A stretch of 64,000 nucleotides of DNA from Chiloscyllium plagiosum. Lineage: Eukaryota. The stretch spans positions 9,333,804 to 9,397,803 of the forward strand of contig NC_057719.1 of assembly GCF_004010195.1 (NCBI RefSeq), in the 5' to 3' direction. Under the pieces are notes generated by a model. That model searched no databases and was not told the origin of the DNA. It saw only the letters and a program-made list of their open reading frames with translations. Each line of letters starts with the position of its first letter. The stretch's first letter is position 1. Positions 51,619 to 61,799 of the stretch are shown here, one piece after another. The position numbers and the translations under genes were made by a program.

Positions 51619-51823
51619 GAGGTTAAAAATCACACAGCACCAGGCTATAGTCCAACAGGTTTATTTGGAAACACTAGCTTTTGGAGCATTGCTACTTCAT
51701 CAGGTGGTGAAGGAGCAGCGCTCTGAAAGCTAGCGTTTCCAAATAAACCTGTTGGACTATAGCCTGGTGCTGTGTGATTTTTAACTTTGTACACCCCAGA
51801 CCAACACCGGCACCTCCAAATCA
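51619..51823. mobile_element. Fold-back PLE terminal-repeat element (family B)
   Basis: About 75-bp inverted arms. TSD-like tatc(c/t)t(a/g)gaat at 51608-51618 and 51824-51834. Confidence 0.88.
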
Positions 51824-53055
51824 TATCTTGGAATACACAAGCTGGAAAGGATGTGGAAGCAGACTCAATAGTTTCTTCTAAAAGGGTACGGATGAATGCT
51901 TGAAAAATCAAAATTACTGGACAACTCTGGTGAAAAGTGCAGGCTGTGTGCAGGGACAGACAGCTTAGATAAAGGGGAGGGCTTTTATTCAAAGAGATGG
52001 TAGAGGGGTGACACATTGTGGTGTTCCGCTGGGCTGCAGGATCATGCAGTTCCACATCTCGCTGAGTGAAACTGCACGAACGGGTGGGGCCAAAGAGAGC
52101 GATGCAATCCCAGAGAAAGGCCAGGCGTTCCCGCTCCTCATCAAGGGAGGGATTTGGCTTGCTTTGCGACGGGATTATCACAGTACAGCTCAGCCAGAAG
52201 GATCCGGTCTCAAATTTAATTGCGTTCTTTTATCGACTCAAGAGTGCAAATCGCACCTGCTCGATGGATGAAAAGGTGCAAATTAGGTCACACATAGATA
52301 ATCAGCTGCTCTGCTTTCACCGCCCACACTGGAAGATGTATCAAATATGTTACATTTTTATGATGTGTTCCACAGCACAGATAGCTCCATGCTGACAGTG
52401 TAGCAGTGCATCTGAGATACACAAAAGTATCACAGCAAGTGGAATGCTGCGGGGGCACGTTGCAAGTTGCTTTTTTTTAAATGTCTCTGAATCATCATTT
52501 TGAAAATCCTAAAAAACATCACCAAACTATATTTTCTGAGGTTCCTTGATTGATTTTCTAATAGACTGGCTTTCTCTTTTAACTCTCCAATTCTGTGTAT
52601 TCACATCTGCTCTCCTCCTACAGAGGAGCTGTCAGTGCCTGGTCTAAAAGTGACCCTGGCTGAGAGGGTCTTTGGGAGGACGAGACTTTAGACAGAGCAG
52701 AGTAAGCTACTTGATGCACTGCATCTGCTTCACCATGCATTGCAATTTGATAATCCTCAATCCCACTTTGCTGCTTTGTCCACATGACTCTTCATTCCCT
52801 TACTGATTATAAGTCTATTTAGCTCAGCCTTGAATATACTTCATGACCCAGCCTTAACAGCCCTCTGTGTAAAGAATTCCACAGATTCATCATCTTCCAA
52901 CAGAAGAAAGTCTCTGTCTTAAAGGGGCACCCCCTGACTCTGACATTAAGCCCTCAATCTTTCCACATCTACCTGAACAAACATTCTCTCGGAGCTGTTC
53001 CACACAGTGTGACAAAACAGTTTTGCACTGGGGACTAAGAACAGTAGTTTTATCA

Positions 53056-53320
53056 AGAGTGTGGTGCTGGAAAAGCACAGCAGGTCAGGCAGTATTCGAG
53101 GAGCAGGAAAATCAATATTTCGGGCAAAAGCCCTTCATCAGTAATGTCCCCAGGAGGACCAGTTCCACCACAGAGCACACCAGATGGCCTCCATCTTAAA
53201 GACTGCAATTTTCCCTCCCATGTGGTTGATGATGCCCTCCAGCACATCTCATCCACATCCCTCACCTCCACCCTCAAACCCCACCCCTCCAACCGCAATA
53301 AAGACAGACCCCCCTCCTGA
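53056..53320. mobile_element. Inverted family A terminal repeat fused to a plus-strand PLE ORF fragment
   Basis: Minus-strand repeat 53056-53140 ends at cccttcatcag, then QFHHRAHQMAS.LK..FP..VV-like PLE linker. Confidence 0.75.
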
Positions 53321-53334
53321 AATGCAGAACGAAG

Positions 53335-53560
53335 AGTCTAATGGTGACCATGAAACCAGTTTGAATTTTAAGAAAAACCCAACTTGGTCACTCATATCTT
53401 TTAGGGAAGGAATTCTGCCCTCCTTTCTTTGTCTAGCCTACATGTGGCGCCAGACTAACAGCAATGTGGTTCACTCTTCACTGCCCTCTGGGTAATTAGG
53501 GATGGGCAATAAATGTTGACCTCGCCAGTGACACCACATCCTGTGAGTGAATAGTTTTTA
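53335..53560 (+). mobile_element. tRNA-type SINE family 2, 3' part
   Basis: ttagggaaggaattctgcc..gggtaattagggatgggcaataaatg. Confidence 0.75.
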
Positions 53561-53719
53561 AAAAGAAGCTGTTGGAGTTGTATAGAACCAGAACAGGTTG
53601 GTATGAGCGAGTGTTTAATTGAATGTATGTTATTAAAAATGATGGAGTCAGATTTTAATGGAGTGAGACTTCAGAGGGGGGGCTAGTTTAGCTTGGGCTT
53701 ATGTTCACCATTGACTGAT

Positions 53720-54085
53720 TTGGCCCGAAGGGTCTGTTTCCATACTGTATGACTCTATGACAGTGACAGCCCATTCCGTACAAGCACCACCCTCTGTGTC
53801 CCTTTTAAATTTTTCCCCTCTCTCCTTAAACCTATGCCATCTAGTTTTGGACTCCACTACCCTGGGGAAAGGACCTTGTCTATTATGATTTCATAAACAT
53901 CTATAAGGTCACCCCTCAGCCTTCGACACTCCAGGGAAAACAGCCCCAGGCTGTTCAGCCTCTCCCAGAAGCTCAAACCCCCCAGTCCCGGCAACATCTT
54001 TGTAAATCTTTTCTGCACCCTTTCAAGTTTAACATCTTTCCTACAGCAGGGAGACCAGAATTGAACGCAGTTTTCCAAAAGTAGT
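53720..54085 (-). mobile_element. HER1/CR1 fragments
   Basis: [30 protein letters not shown]. Confidence 0.8.
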
Positions 54086-54279
54086 TTTAAATATCCTCAA
54101 TATGTAAATTTAGCCTGATCTCCAGGCCAAGACTCCAATGGGAATATTTCTTGGTGTTATCAAACATATTCTAAACAGTGCATTTAGATTAATTGGAAAC
54201 TCTATGGACTTGCAAGTCAATATGGTACAAATTTATGATGACAATGGAATATTAGAAGCAGTTATCAACAGAATATTTT

Positions 54280-54600
54280 CTCATTCACTGTGGACATCCT
54301 TGTCTCAGCCAGCTTTTATTGCCCACTTGTAACTGTAGAGGGCAGTAAAGAGTCAACTATATTACTGTGGGTCTGGAGTCAATTGTAGGCCAGATTCCTT
54401 CCCTAAAGTCATTAGTGGCTCTTCTAATAACAATGACAACCAACAATTTCTACATGGTCATCACTAGGAAAGCTTTTTATTCCAGGCTTCCTTAGGAGTT
54501 AGCTTGAAACTTTCAGTTTAGTGGGATATGAACTCATGACCCTAAGGCATTAAGCTGAGCCCAGGATCATTGGGCCAATGACATTACCACTACGCTATCA
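54280..54600 (-). mobile_element. tRNA-type SINE family 2
   Basis: ctgtgggtctggagtc..ttccttccctaaag. Confidence 0.7.
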
Positions 54601-54945
54601 CATTTCTGAGATTTCAGGAGTTCACTGAAGGTAATGGAGAATGAGAAAGGAATGATAATCCTGCCTACAAGTTTATAGTAGTTGCCATTCGCATCGAGAC
54701 AGACTAATAACTGCAGTCCAGAAAGTAGCTCAGCCCAAATCTGACAAGACAAATGCAAGAGGCAATCAAACAGATTTGAAAATAATAATTATAATGGCAA
54801 CAATGAGTGCTATGCAGCTAGAGGTGGTACCGGAACATAAAGACACCCACAGCCTACAGTGCTGTCAACCAAAACATTTCATTCAATCCAGTCTACCTTA
54901 CTTGAAGAGCTACCGGCAGAGACACCACCTTGGTAGCTGCTATTT

Positions 54946-55050
54946 GGTCTGAAGAAGTGTCTCTTGTCCTGAAACATTAACTCTGTTTTCTTTCCACAGA
55001 TGCTGCCAGACCTGCTGAGTTTCTCCAGTGATCTTCAGATCTCCAGTATT
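54946..55050 (+). mobile_element. PLE terminal repeat (family C)
   Basis: CTGAAGA at 54949 ..gaaacattaactctg..gatgctgccagacctgctgagtttctccag. Confidence 0.7.
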
Positions 55051-55053
55051 TTT

Positions 55054-55371
55054 AGATTAGATTACTTACAGTGTGGAAACAGGCCCTTTGGCCCAACAAA
55101 TCCACACTGACCCTCCGAAGAGCAACCCACCCAGACCCATTCCCCTACATTTACCCCTTCACCTAACACTACGGGCAATTTAGCATGGCCAACTCACCTA
55201 ACCTGCACATCTTTGGACTGTGGGAGGAAACCAGAGTACCCGTAGGAACCCCACGCCAACATGGGGAGAATGTGCAAATTCCACACAGACAGTTGCCTGA
55301 GATGGGAATTGAACCCGGGTTCTCTGGCACTGTGAGGCAGCAGGGCTAACCACTGTGCCACCGTGCCACCC
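55054..55371 (-). mobile_element. HE1-type V-SINE
   Basis: Full-length reverse copy. Confidence 0.92.
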
Positions 55372-55679
55372 ATTTGTAGTTCTTTGTTTCATCTCATTGG
55401 GGATAGGCTTGTCTCTGTGCCAGTTTATGGTAGATTCGAGACCCACATTCCCTCTCTCTTATAGGAACACACATACAGTTTCGGAGCAGGCCATTCAGCC
55501 CAGTCTCGCTGTTCTCTTTATGGCCTCAACTCCACTTTTGTGCTGATCACTGACATCGGTTGACTGCCTTGTTTCTCATGGACCTAGCTACTTGGGTTCA
55601 ACTGAGACTTATACCCTATTAGTGAGGGGCACTCATTTACATCTTTCTTTCTCTATCTGGAAATAGCATGAGGTCTGAA

Positions 55680-56445
55680 CATTGGAGGTTGAGAGATGAC
55701 CTTATAGAGGTTTATAAAATCATGGCAGACAGGTTTAGGGTGAATAGTCAAGGTCTTTTCCCCAAGGTAGGGGAATCCAAAAAAATAGAGGGCATAGATT
55801 TAAGGTGAGAGAGGTAAGATTTAAAAGGGACCTAAGGGGCAACTTTTTCATGCAGAGTGTGGTGTGTGTATGGAATGAGCTGCCAGAGGAAGTGGTGGAA
55901 GCTGGTACAATTACAACATTTAAAAGGCATCTAGATGGATACATTAAGGCTTTAGAGGGATATGGGCCAAATGCTAGCAAATGGGACAAAATTAATTTTT
56001 AGACACCTGGTTGGCAAGGACATGTTTGACCGAAGGGTCATTTTCCGTGTTGTCTGACCCTGTGACTCAATGACCGTATACAATAAATGGCCGAGCCCTT
56101 AGAAGCATTGACATACAGAGAGGTTGAGACATACAGCTCCACAGTTCCCTGGCAACACAAGTGGAGAAGGTGGTCAAGAAAGCATATTGCATATTTGCTT
56201 TCATTGGTTGGGGCAGAGAGTATAAAAGTTGTCAAGTCCTGTTGCAGCTGTAGAGAACTATAGTTCGGCCAGATTTGGAATACTACGTACAGTTCTGGTC
56301 GCCACACCAGCAGAAGAACGTGGAGGCTATGGACAGGGCGCAGAACCCATTTACCAGGATATTGCCTGGTTTGGAGGATAGTCAACAAATATGAAGAGAG
56401 ATTGGACAAATTCAGTTTATTTTCACTTTAACATCAGAGGCTGTG
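55680..56445 (+). mobile_element. Two adjacent CR1/HER1 fragments
   Basis: HER1 3' end to about 56070, then an ORF2 piece (..LY..VRP.LEY.VQFWSP). Confidence 0.8.
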
Positions 56446-57409
56446 GGACTATTAAGCAAGAGTGAAAAATCACAAGCCATATTACACCAGATGAAATGTT
56501 AGAAAGTTTTTTTTTTAACAGACATCAGAAAAAGATTGAACACCATACTATCCTTACAAAGAATTCTCAAACATTAGTGAAGAAACGCTACACTAAAGCT
56601 CCATGCTCTCTCCCAGGCTGCGACAGATGCAACCAATTTCTGTGCGGCAGGTTTCTATGCCGTCAGTAGATGCAACTTTTTCCATCTTCTGGTCGCTCTT
56701 CCTGACACATCTGAAACAAACTGCAAACTTTTCTTCATAGAGATACACCGCGCAGAAAAAGGACCTTTGACCCATCACGTCTGCACCAATCAAACACAAC
56801 CACCTAACTTACCTCACTTCTACTTGTAACTTTAAAGCAACTATGTGAGGTTTCTAAACTCAGCTGTACAGCGGCATTGCCTCTTCCTTCTGGCACATAT
56901 ATACACAGACTTTCAACACTGCTCGGGTTCTCTGCATGTCTGGACCTCTCTCACTTGGCGCGAACACACTGATTGTCACTTTTTAAAAATGATACATTAA
57001 ACCTTGCTAAGCTTTACTCCAACTATTCTACCTCACTTCAATCTCATTAAAATACGTATAAAAGAAAACAGACCTACAGATTTCCCAGTATCACTCACAG
57101 AACAAATCTAAAATGAAACTAAATCTGATCTCCCCCTTCTTAGCAGACAAAATATAAATGCAACTTAAATTTATACAGTGTTCTTAGCCGAAGCAATGGA
57201 TCCTCCAAATGATGACTTTGGACAATTTCAGCTATGAGTAGTAAAATGCTTATAACTCTAAAGTTCATTTTCAATGGTAGTTTTTATCTGAATTAGATAG
57301 GCCTGTGTATTGGAGGGATAGGGATTAATAAATAAGCAGCCGAGCATCTTGAAGTGTGCTATGACATAACTGTGACCATAGTTGTCCTGTGACCGCAACT
57401 CTCTTACAA

Positions 57410-58000
57410 CATCGGACCAGTAGTAGGTCATTCAGGCCCTTGAACCTGTTCTGTCATCCAATGAGATCATGGTTGATCTGTGGCCTAGTTTCGAGAGTGT
57501 GGTGCTGGATAAGCACAGCAGGTCAGGCAGCATCCGAGGAGCCATTCATCAGGAGTGACTGTCCATTCAGTACTGGTCGACCAGGAATGACCAGTCACTC
57601 CTGAAGAAGGGCTTTTGCCCGAAACATCGATTGTCCTGCTCCTCGGATGCTACCTGGCCGGCTGTGCTTTTTCAGCACCACACTCTCGAATCTGATCTCC
57701 AGCGTCTGCAGTCCTCACGTTCTACTCGTTGATATGTGGCCTAACTCTATGTACCTTTGGTCCACATTTGCTTAACAAAAATTTATCTCCCTCAGTTTTA
57801 AAATTAGTAACTGATCTAGCATCAATTGCTGCTGGGGAAAGAGAGTTCCAAAAGTCTACCTTCCTTTGTGTATAGAAGTACTTCCTAACATCTGTCCTGA
57901 ATGATCTGGCCCTAATCTTTAATTTATGTCCCCTAGTTCTAGAATCTTCAACCAGTGGAAATAGTTAGACTTTATCTACCCTGTCTTTTGCTATTAATAT
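57410..58000 (-). mobile_element. CR1 3' tail hosting a fold-back PLE insertion
   Basis: gtaggtcattcaggcccttgaacctgttctg..gagatcatggttgatctgtggcc. Confidence 0.7.
57488..57727. mobile_element. Fold-back PLE terminal-repeat element (family A) with palindromic spacer and 16-bp TSD
   Basis: TSD gttgat(c/a)tgtggccta at 57472-57487 and 57728-57743. Hammerhead core at 57601-57628. Confidence 0.9.
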
Positions 58001-58002
58001 CA

Positions 58003-58345
58003 TGGGGGAGGCGATAGCCTTGTGGAATGACTGTTAATCCAAAGAGTCAAATAATGTTCTGGGGACCAAATCCTGTCACAGCAAATAGTAGCAGTTGAAT
58101 TCAACATAAAACAATTCTGGAATTAGAGATCTCATAATGACCATGAGTCCATTGCCAATTGTTCAAAAATCTATCCACGTGAAGGTCCTTTAGGGAAGGA
58201 AACTGTCATTCTTACCTGAAATGGCCTTCATGTGACTCCAAACCCACAGCACTATGGTTGACTCTTAGTTGCCTTCTGGGCAATTAGGGATGGGCAATTA
58301 ATGCTGGCCGAGCCAGTGATGCTCATGGTCCCTGAATGAATACAA
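58003..58345 (+). mobile_element. tRNA-type SINE family 2 (near full length)
   Basis: Head ggaggcgatagccttgtgg, tail gggcaattagggatgggcaattaatgctggcc..gaatgaat. Confidence 0.8.
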
Positions 58346-58492
58346 AACTCTTGACGACTTCAATCAGATCACCCCTTAACCTTCTAAATTCAAGAGAAAT
58401 CAGGCCAAATTTGCATAACTCTCCTAATAATTCAGAAAGGAATAAGGGGAGCCAAAATCCCATAATAAATACTGCTTGAAGAAACACACATT

Positions 58493-58772
58493 GGCATGAT
58501 GGCTCAATGGTTAGCATTACTACTTCACAGCACCAGGGGCCCAGGATTGATTCCAGCCTCGGGTAACTGTCTATGTGGATTTTGCACATTCTCTCTGTGT
58601 CTGACTGAGTTTCTTCCAGGTGCTCCGGTGTCCTCCCACAGTCCAATGTGCAGACGAGGTGGATTAGCCATGGGAAATGCAGGGTTATAAGGATAGGGAG
58701 GGATGTTCTTCTTAGGGTTGGTGTGGACTCAAATAGGCCAAATGGGCTCCTTCCACACTGTAGGGATTCTAT
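58493..58772 (+). mobile_element. HE1-type V-SINE
   Basis: Forward copy. Confidence 0.85.
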
Positions 58773-58819
58773 GATCTGGGCTGAGCTGACTGCAGCTGAC
58801 AAAGTCACAAACACACTTT

Positions 58820-59122
58820 GGGGCAGCACAGTGGCTCAGTGGTTAGCACTGCTGCCTCACAGCATCAGGGACGTGGGTTCGATTCCAGATTTGGGTGACT
58901 GTGTGGAGTTTGCACATTCTCCCCATGTCTGCATGGATTTCCTCTGGGTGCTCTGGTTTCCTCCCACAATCCAAAGATGCTAAATTGCCCATTGTGTTAG
59001 ATGCATTAGTCAGGGGTAAAGATAGGGGAGTGGGAATGGGTTTGGATGGGTTACTCTTCGGAGGGTCAGTGTGGACTTGTTGAGCTGAAGGGCCTGTTTC
59101 CATGCTGTAGAGAATCTAATCT
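58820..59122 (+). mobile_element. HE1-type V-SINE
   Basis: Forward copy. Confidence 0.9.
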
Positions 59123-59370
59123 AATAACATAATATTAATAATGAACATGGATTGAGGTTTAATATCAGCATTACTGGATGCAGAAATGGGTTTGAAGGGT
59201 TGTTATTCTGAAAGAGCAGACCGTAGGATACAGAGAAGCTGGGGGTGTGCACAATCAATTAAGAAAAGGTTTGTTGAAAGAATGTACATTGACTTTATTC
59301 TTAAATGGTTCGGATTGATTCATCTTTGACACATGAGAAAAAAATTGTGTGTGCATATATAAAGAGGTAT

Positions 59371-59682
59371 CATAGAATCCCCACAGAGTGGAAGCAAGCC
59401 ATTCACCCCGTGGAGTCCACACCCACCCTCTGAAGAGCACCTACTTCATCCCTGTTACCTCACATTCCCTATGACTAATCCACCCAGCCTGCACATCCCT
59501 GGACACTACGGGCAATCTAGTATGGTCAATCCACCTAACCTGCTCATTGGACTGAGGGAGGAAACCGAAGCAGCCGGAGGAAACCCCCGCAGACACGGGG
59601 GAGAATGTACAAACTCCACACAGACAGTCGTGCAAGGGTGGAATTAAACCCAAGTTCCTGGAGCTGTGAGGCAGCAGTGCCT
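59371..59682 (-). mobile_element. HE1-type V-SINE
   Basis: Reverse copy. Confidence 0.85.
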
Positions 59683-59709
59683 AGCTACAATGCCAAGTAT
59701 TATGTGATG

Positions 59710-59839
59710 ATTCGGAGATGCCGGTGTTGGACTGGGGTGTACAAAGTTAAAAATCACACAACACCAGGTTATAGTCCAACAGGTTTAATTGGAAGCACAC
59801 TAGCTTTCAGAGTGACGCTCCTTCATCAGGTGATTCACT
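59710..59839 (-). mobile_element. Single PLE terminal repeat (family B) with 15-bp TSD
   Basis: aagtat(t/a)atgtgatg at 59695-59709 and 59840-59854. Confidence 0.85.
59798..59832 (-). ncRNA. Minimal hammerhead ribozyme motif (family B)
   Basis: Minus strand CAC-CTGATGA-A-GGAGC-gtc-ACTCT-GAAA-GCTA-GTG. Stem I CAC/GTG; stem II shows CpG-type decay. Confidence 0.65.
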
Positions 59840-61545
59840 AAGTATAATGTGATGTTGCATTGTTGAAATCTATTCTAATCTTCTGGCACACATCAGTCAG
59901 AAGCATAGTTGCACAGATCCAGAAACTGCTCAGTACACTTCTTCGTTATTAGGTACTTAAACAGGTTATCAACTTATTCTATGCATTTGTTTTTGCTTTC
60001 ATATTGAACACTCAGTGCACTGTCAGCATAAAAATACAAGAAGGAAACTATTATATGGTATTTGGGCAGGGAAAGGGGGAGGAGGAGAGGGCTGCTGTCT
60101 TAAACACACTAGAGAGAGAGGCTGAGAGTTTGTGTTTCTGTTCACTTAGCAGCAACATTCACTCCCAAAGCTTTCGAGATAGGTCATTTTATCTCATGTT
60201 TCAGTATGCCTAGTCTACCATCTTCCCATTATAGCTTCGAGCTGCAATTTACCTGGATCCTGCTGCACAGTAAATGCGATGGTGGGCGTCGAGGTGACAG
60301 TAAGGGTGAAAGTAAGAATGAAATGATCAACAGGCTTGGCAATCATGTGACAGACCAAATTCTCTAATCTGTAATTCCATCGTACATCAGTCTGCAATCA
60401 CACCATTACTGTGTATGAATCCACTTTACTGCATCATTAGTTCAATCAACAACCATATTATTAGGGCATTTGCATTACACAGGTAATTTATTTTTTTTTA
60501 AAGAATACAATCTAATGTGTCATTACCAGAGACACAAGTGTCAATTGTGCAGTGGCCTGCAGAACGGTAACCAAAATTAATTCCCATTCTGTTCACCGTT
60601 AGGTTGCCCCAGAATTGTGGAAATGAAGATTACATTCCTTGCTATGGATTTCTGGAAATCTATCACTTTGCAAAATCATTCTAGTGTAATATGTGGGCAC
60701 AGCAGCAAAAATTCCGAAGCTTGACAATTGCATGGAAGAGCAGCATTATGTTGGTGCTGGCTTGTTTATAATGGCTGAGCTCATGCAGTGACTAAATGAG
60801 CAGAGAGGTGCACATTAGATGCACACTTTCTCCATCGACCATGACAGTTCTACAACAACAACCTTCCACAGTGTAGCAAAGCATTCCAAGAGGTTTTGCA
60901 TGTCATCAAGCAAAAACTCGACTGTCGATCACACAGTGTGACGTGAGGCCAGGTGACCAAAGGGTAAGAAGGTTCAGAAGGGTCTTTTAACAAACCAAAA
61001 GGCCAATAGAGAGGCTTAGGGAGACTTGACAGCTGAAGGATGACTTCATTCCCAAAATTTTAGTACAGATAACCACAATTAATTTGCGTGGAGAAAATCA
61101 TTTTAAATTTACTTTGGGGCACCAAATCTTATAGCTGGAATCTCCATATCCTAGCTATAATTTTTAATTGCACTTTTATATTTCATGCCATGAAACCTAT
61201 TGCTCCCATTTCAGAATATCCATCCATTGTTGCTCTTCATAAAGGGACTGGTTAAAACACTACTTAGTTGTTACAGCACAAGATGTTCTGTCCCATTAAG
61301 CATTTCATTAAATCATTCCATACATAGTCCAGTAATTGTGAGTATTCTTCCACATGACGAAACTGACAATCATCTCGACACATCTGAAAGGGGAAAAAAA
61401 AAGACCTGCATTTATATAACACCATCTGCCCTAATGTCTCCTGCAAAGCTGAGTTGTAAATTTTGTTTCACAATTCCTCTGTGAAATGTCGTGAGAGGTT
61501 TACATTGAGCATTGGAAGCAGTTTAATGAAGGTTTACTGGATGAG

Positions 61546-61730
61546 CACTGAGGAAGGGTCACTGGATTCTGGATTAGAGTGGTGCTGAAAAAGCACAGTA
61601 GTTCAGGCAGCATCCAAGGAGCAGGAAAATCGACGTTTCAGCCAAAAGCCCTTCATCTGGACCTGAGCCGTTAACTCTGATTTCTTTCTACAGATGCTGC
61701 CCCAGGCCTGCTGAGCTTTTCCAGCAATTT
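61546..61730 (+). mobile_element. Family C PLE terminal repeat interrupted by a reverse family A repeat (61567-61656)
   Basis: ctgaggaagggtcactgga|insert|ctggacctgagccgttaactctg. Confidence 0.8.
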
Positions 61731-61799
61731 GTTTACAAGACTAGTGTTGGAATGGACGTGTCATTTTAAGAGGAAAGGTTGGACAGGCAAGAGCTTTAT

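Noticed and set aside
56590..56720. Possible minus-strand exon with agatgcaac direct repeat
   Set aside because: No recognisable protein similarity, and no donor site or partner exons.
60240..60400. Minus-strand donor cag|gtaa and 60-aa ORF
   Set aside because: No convincing acceptor giving a plausible exon and no recognisable homology.
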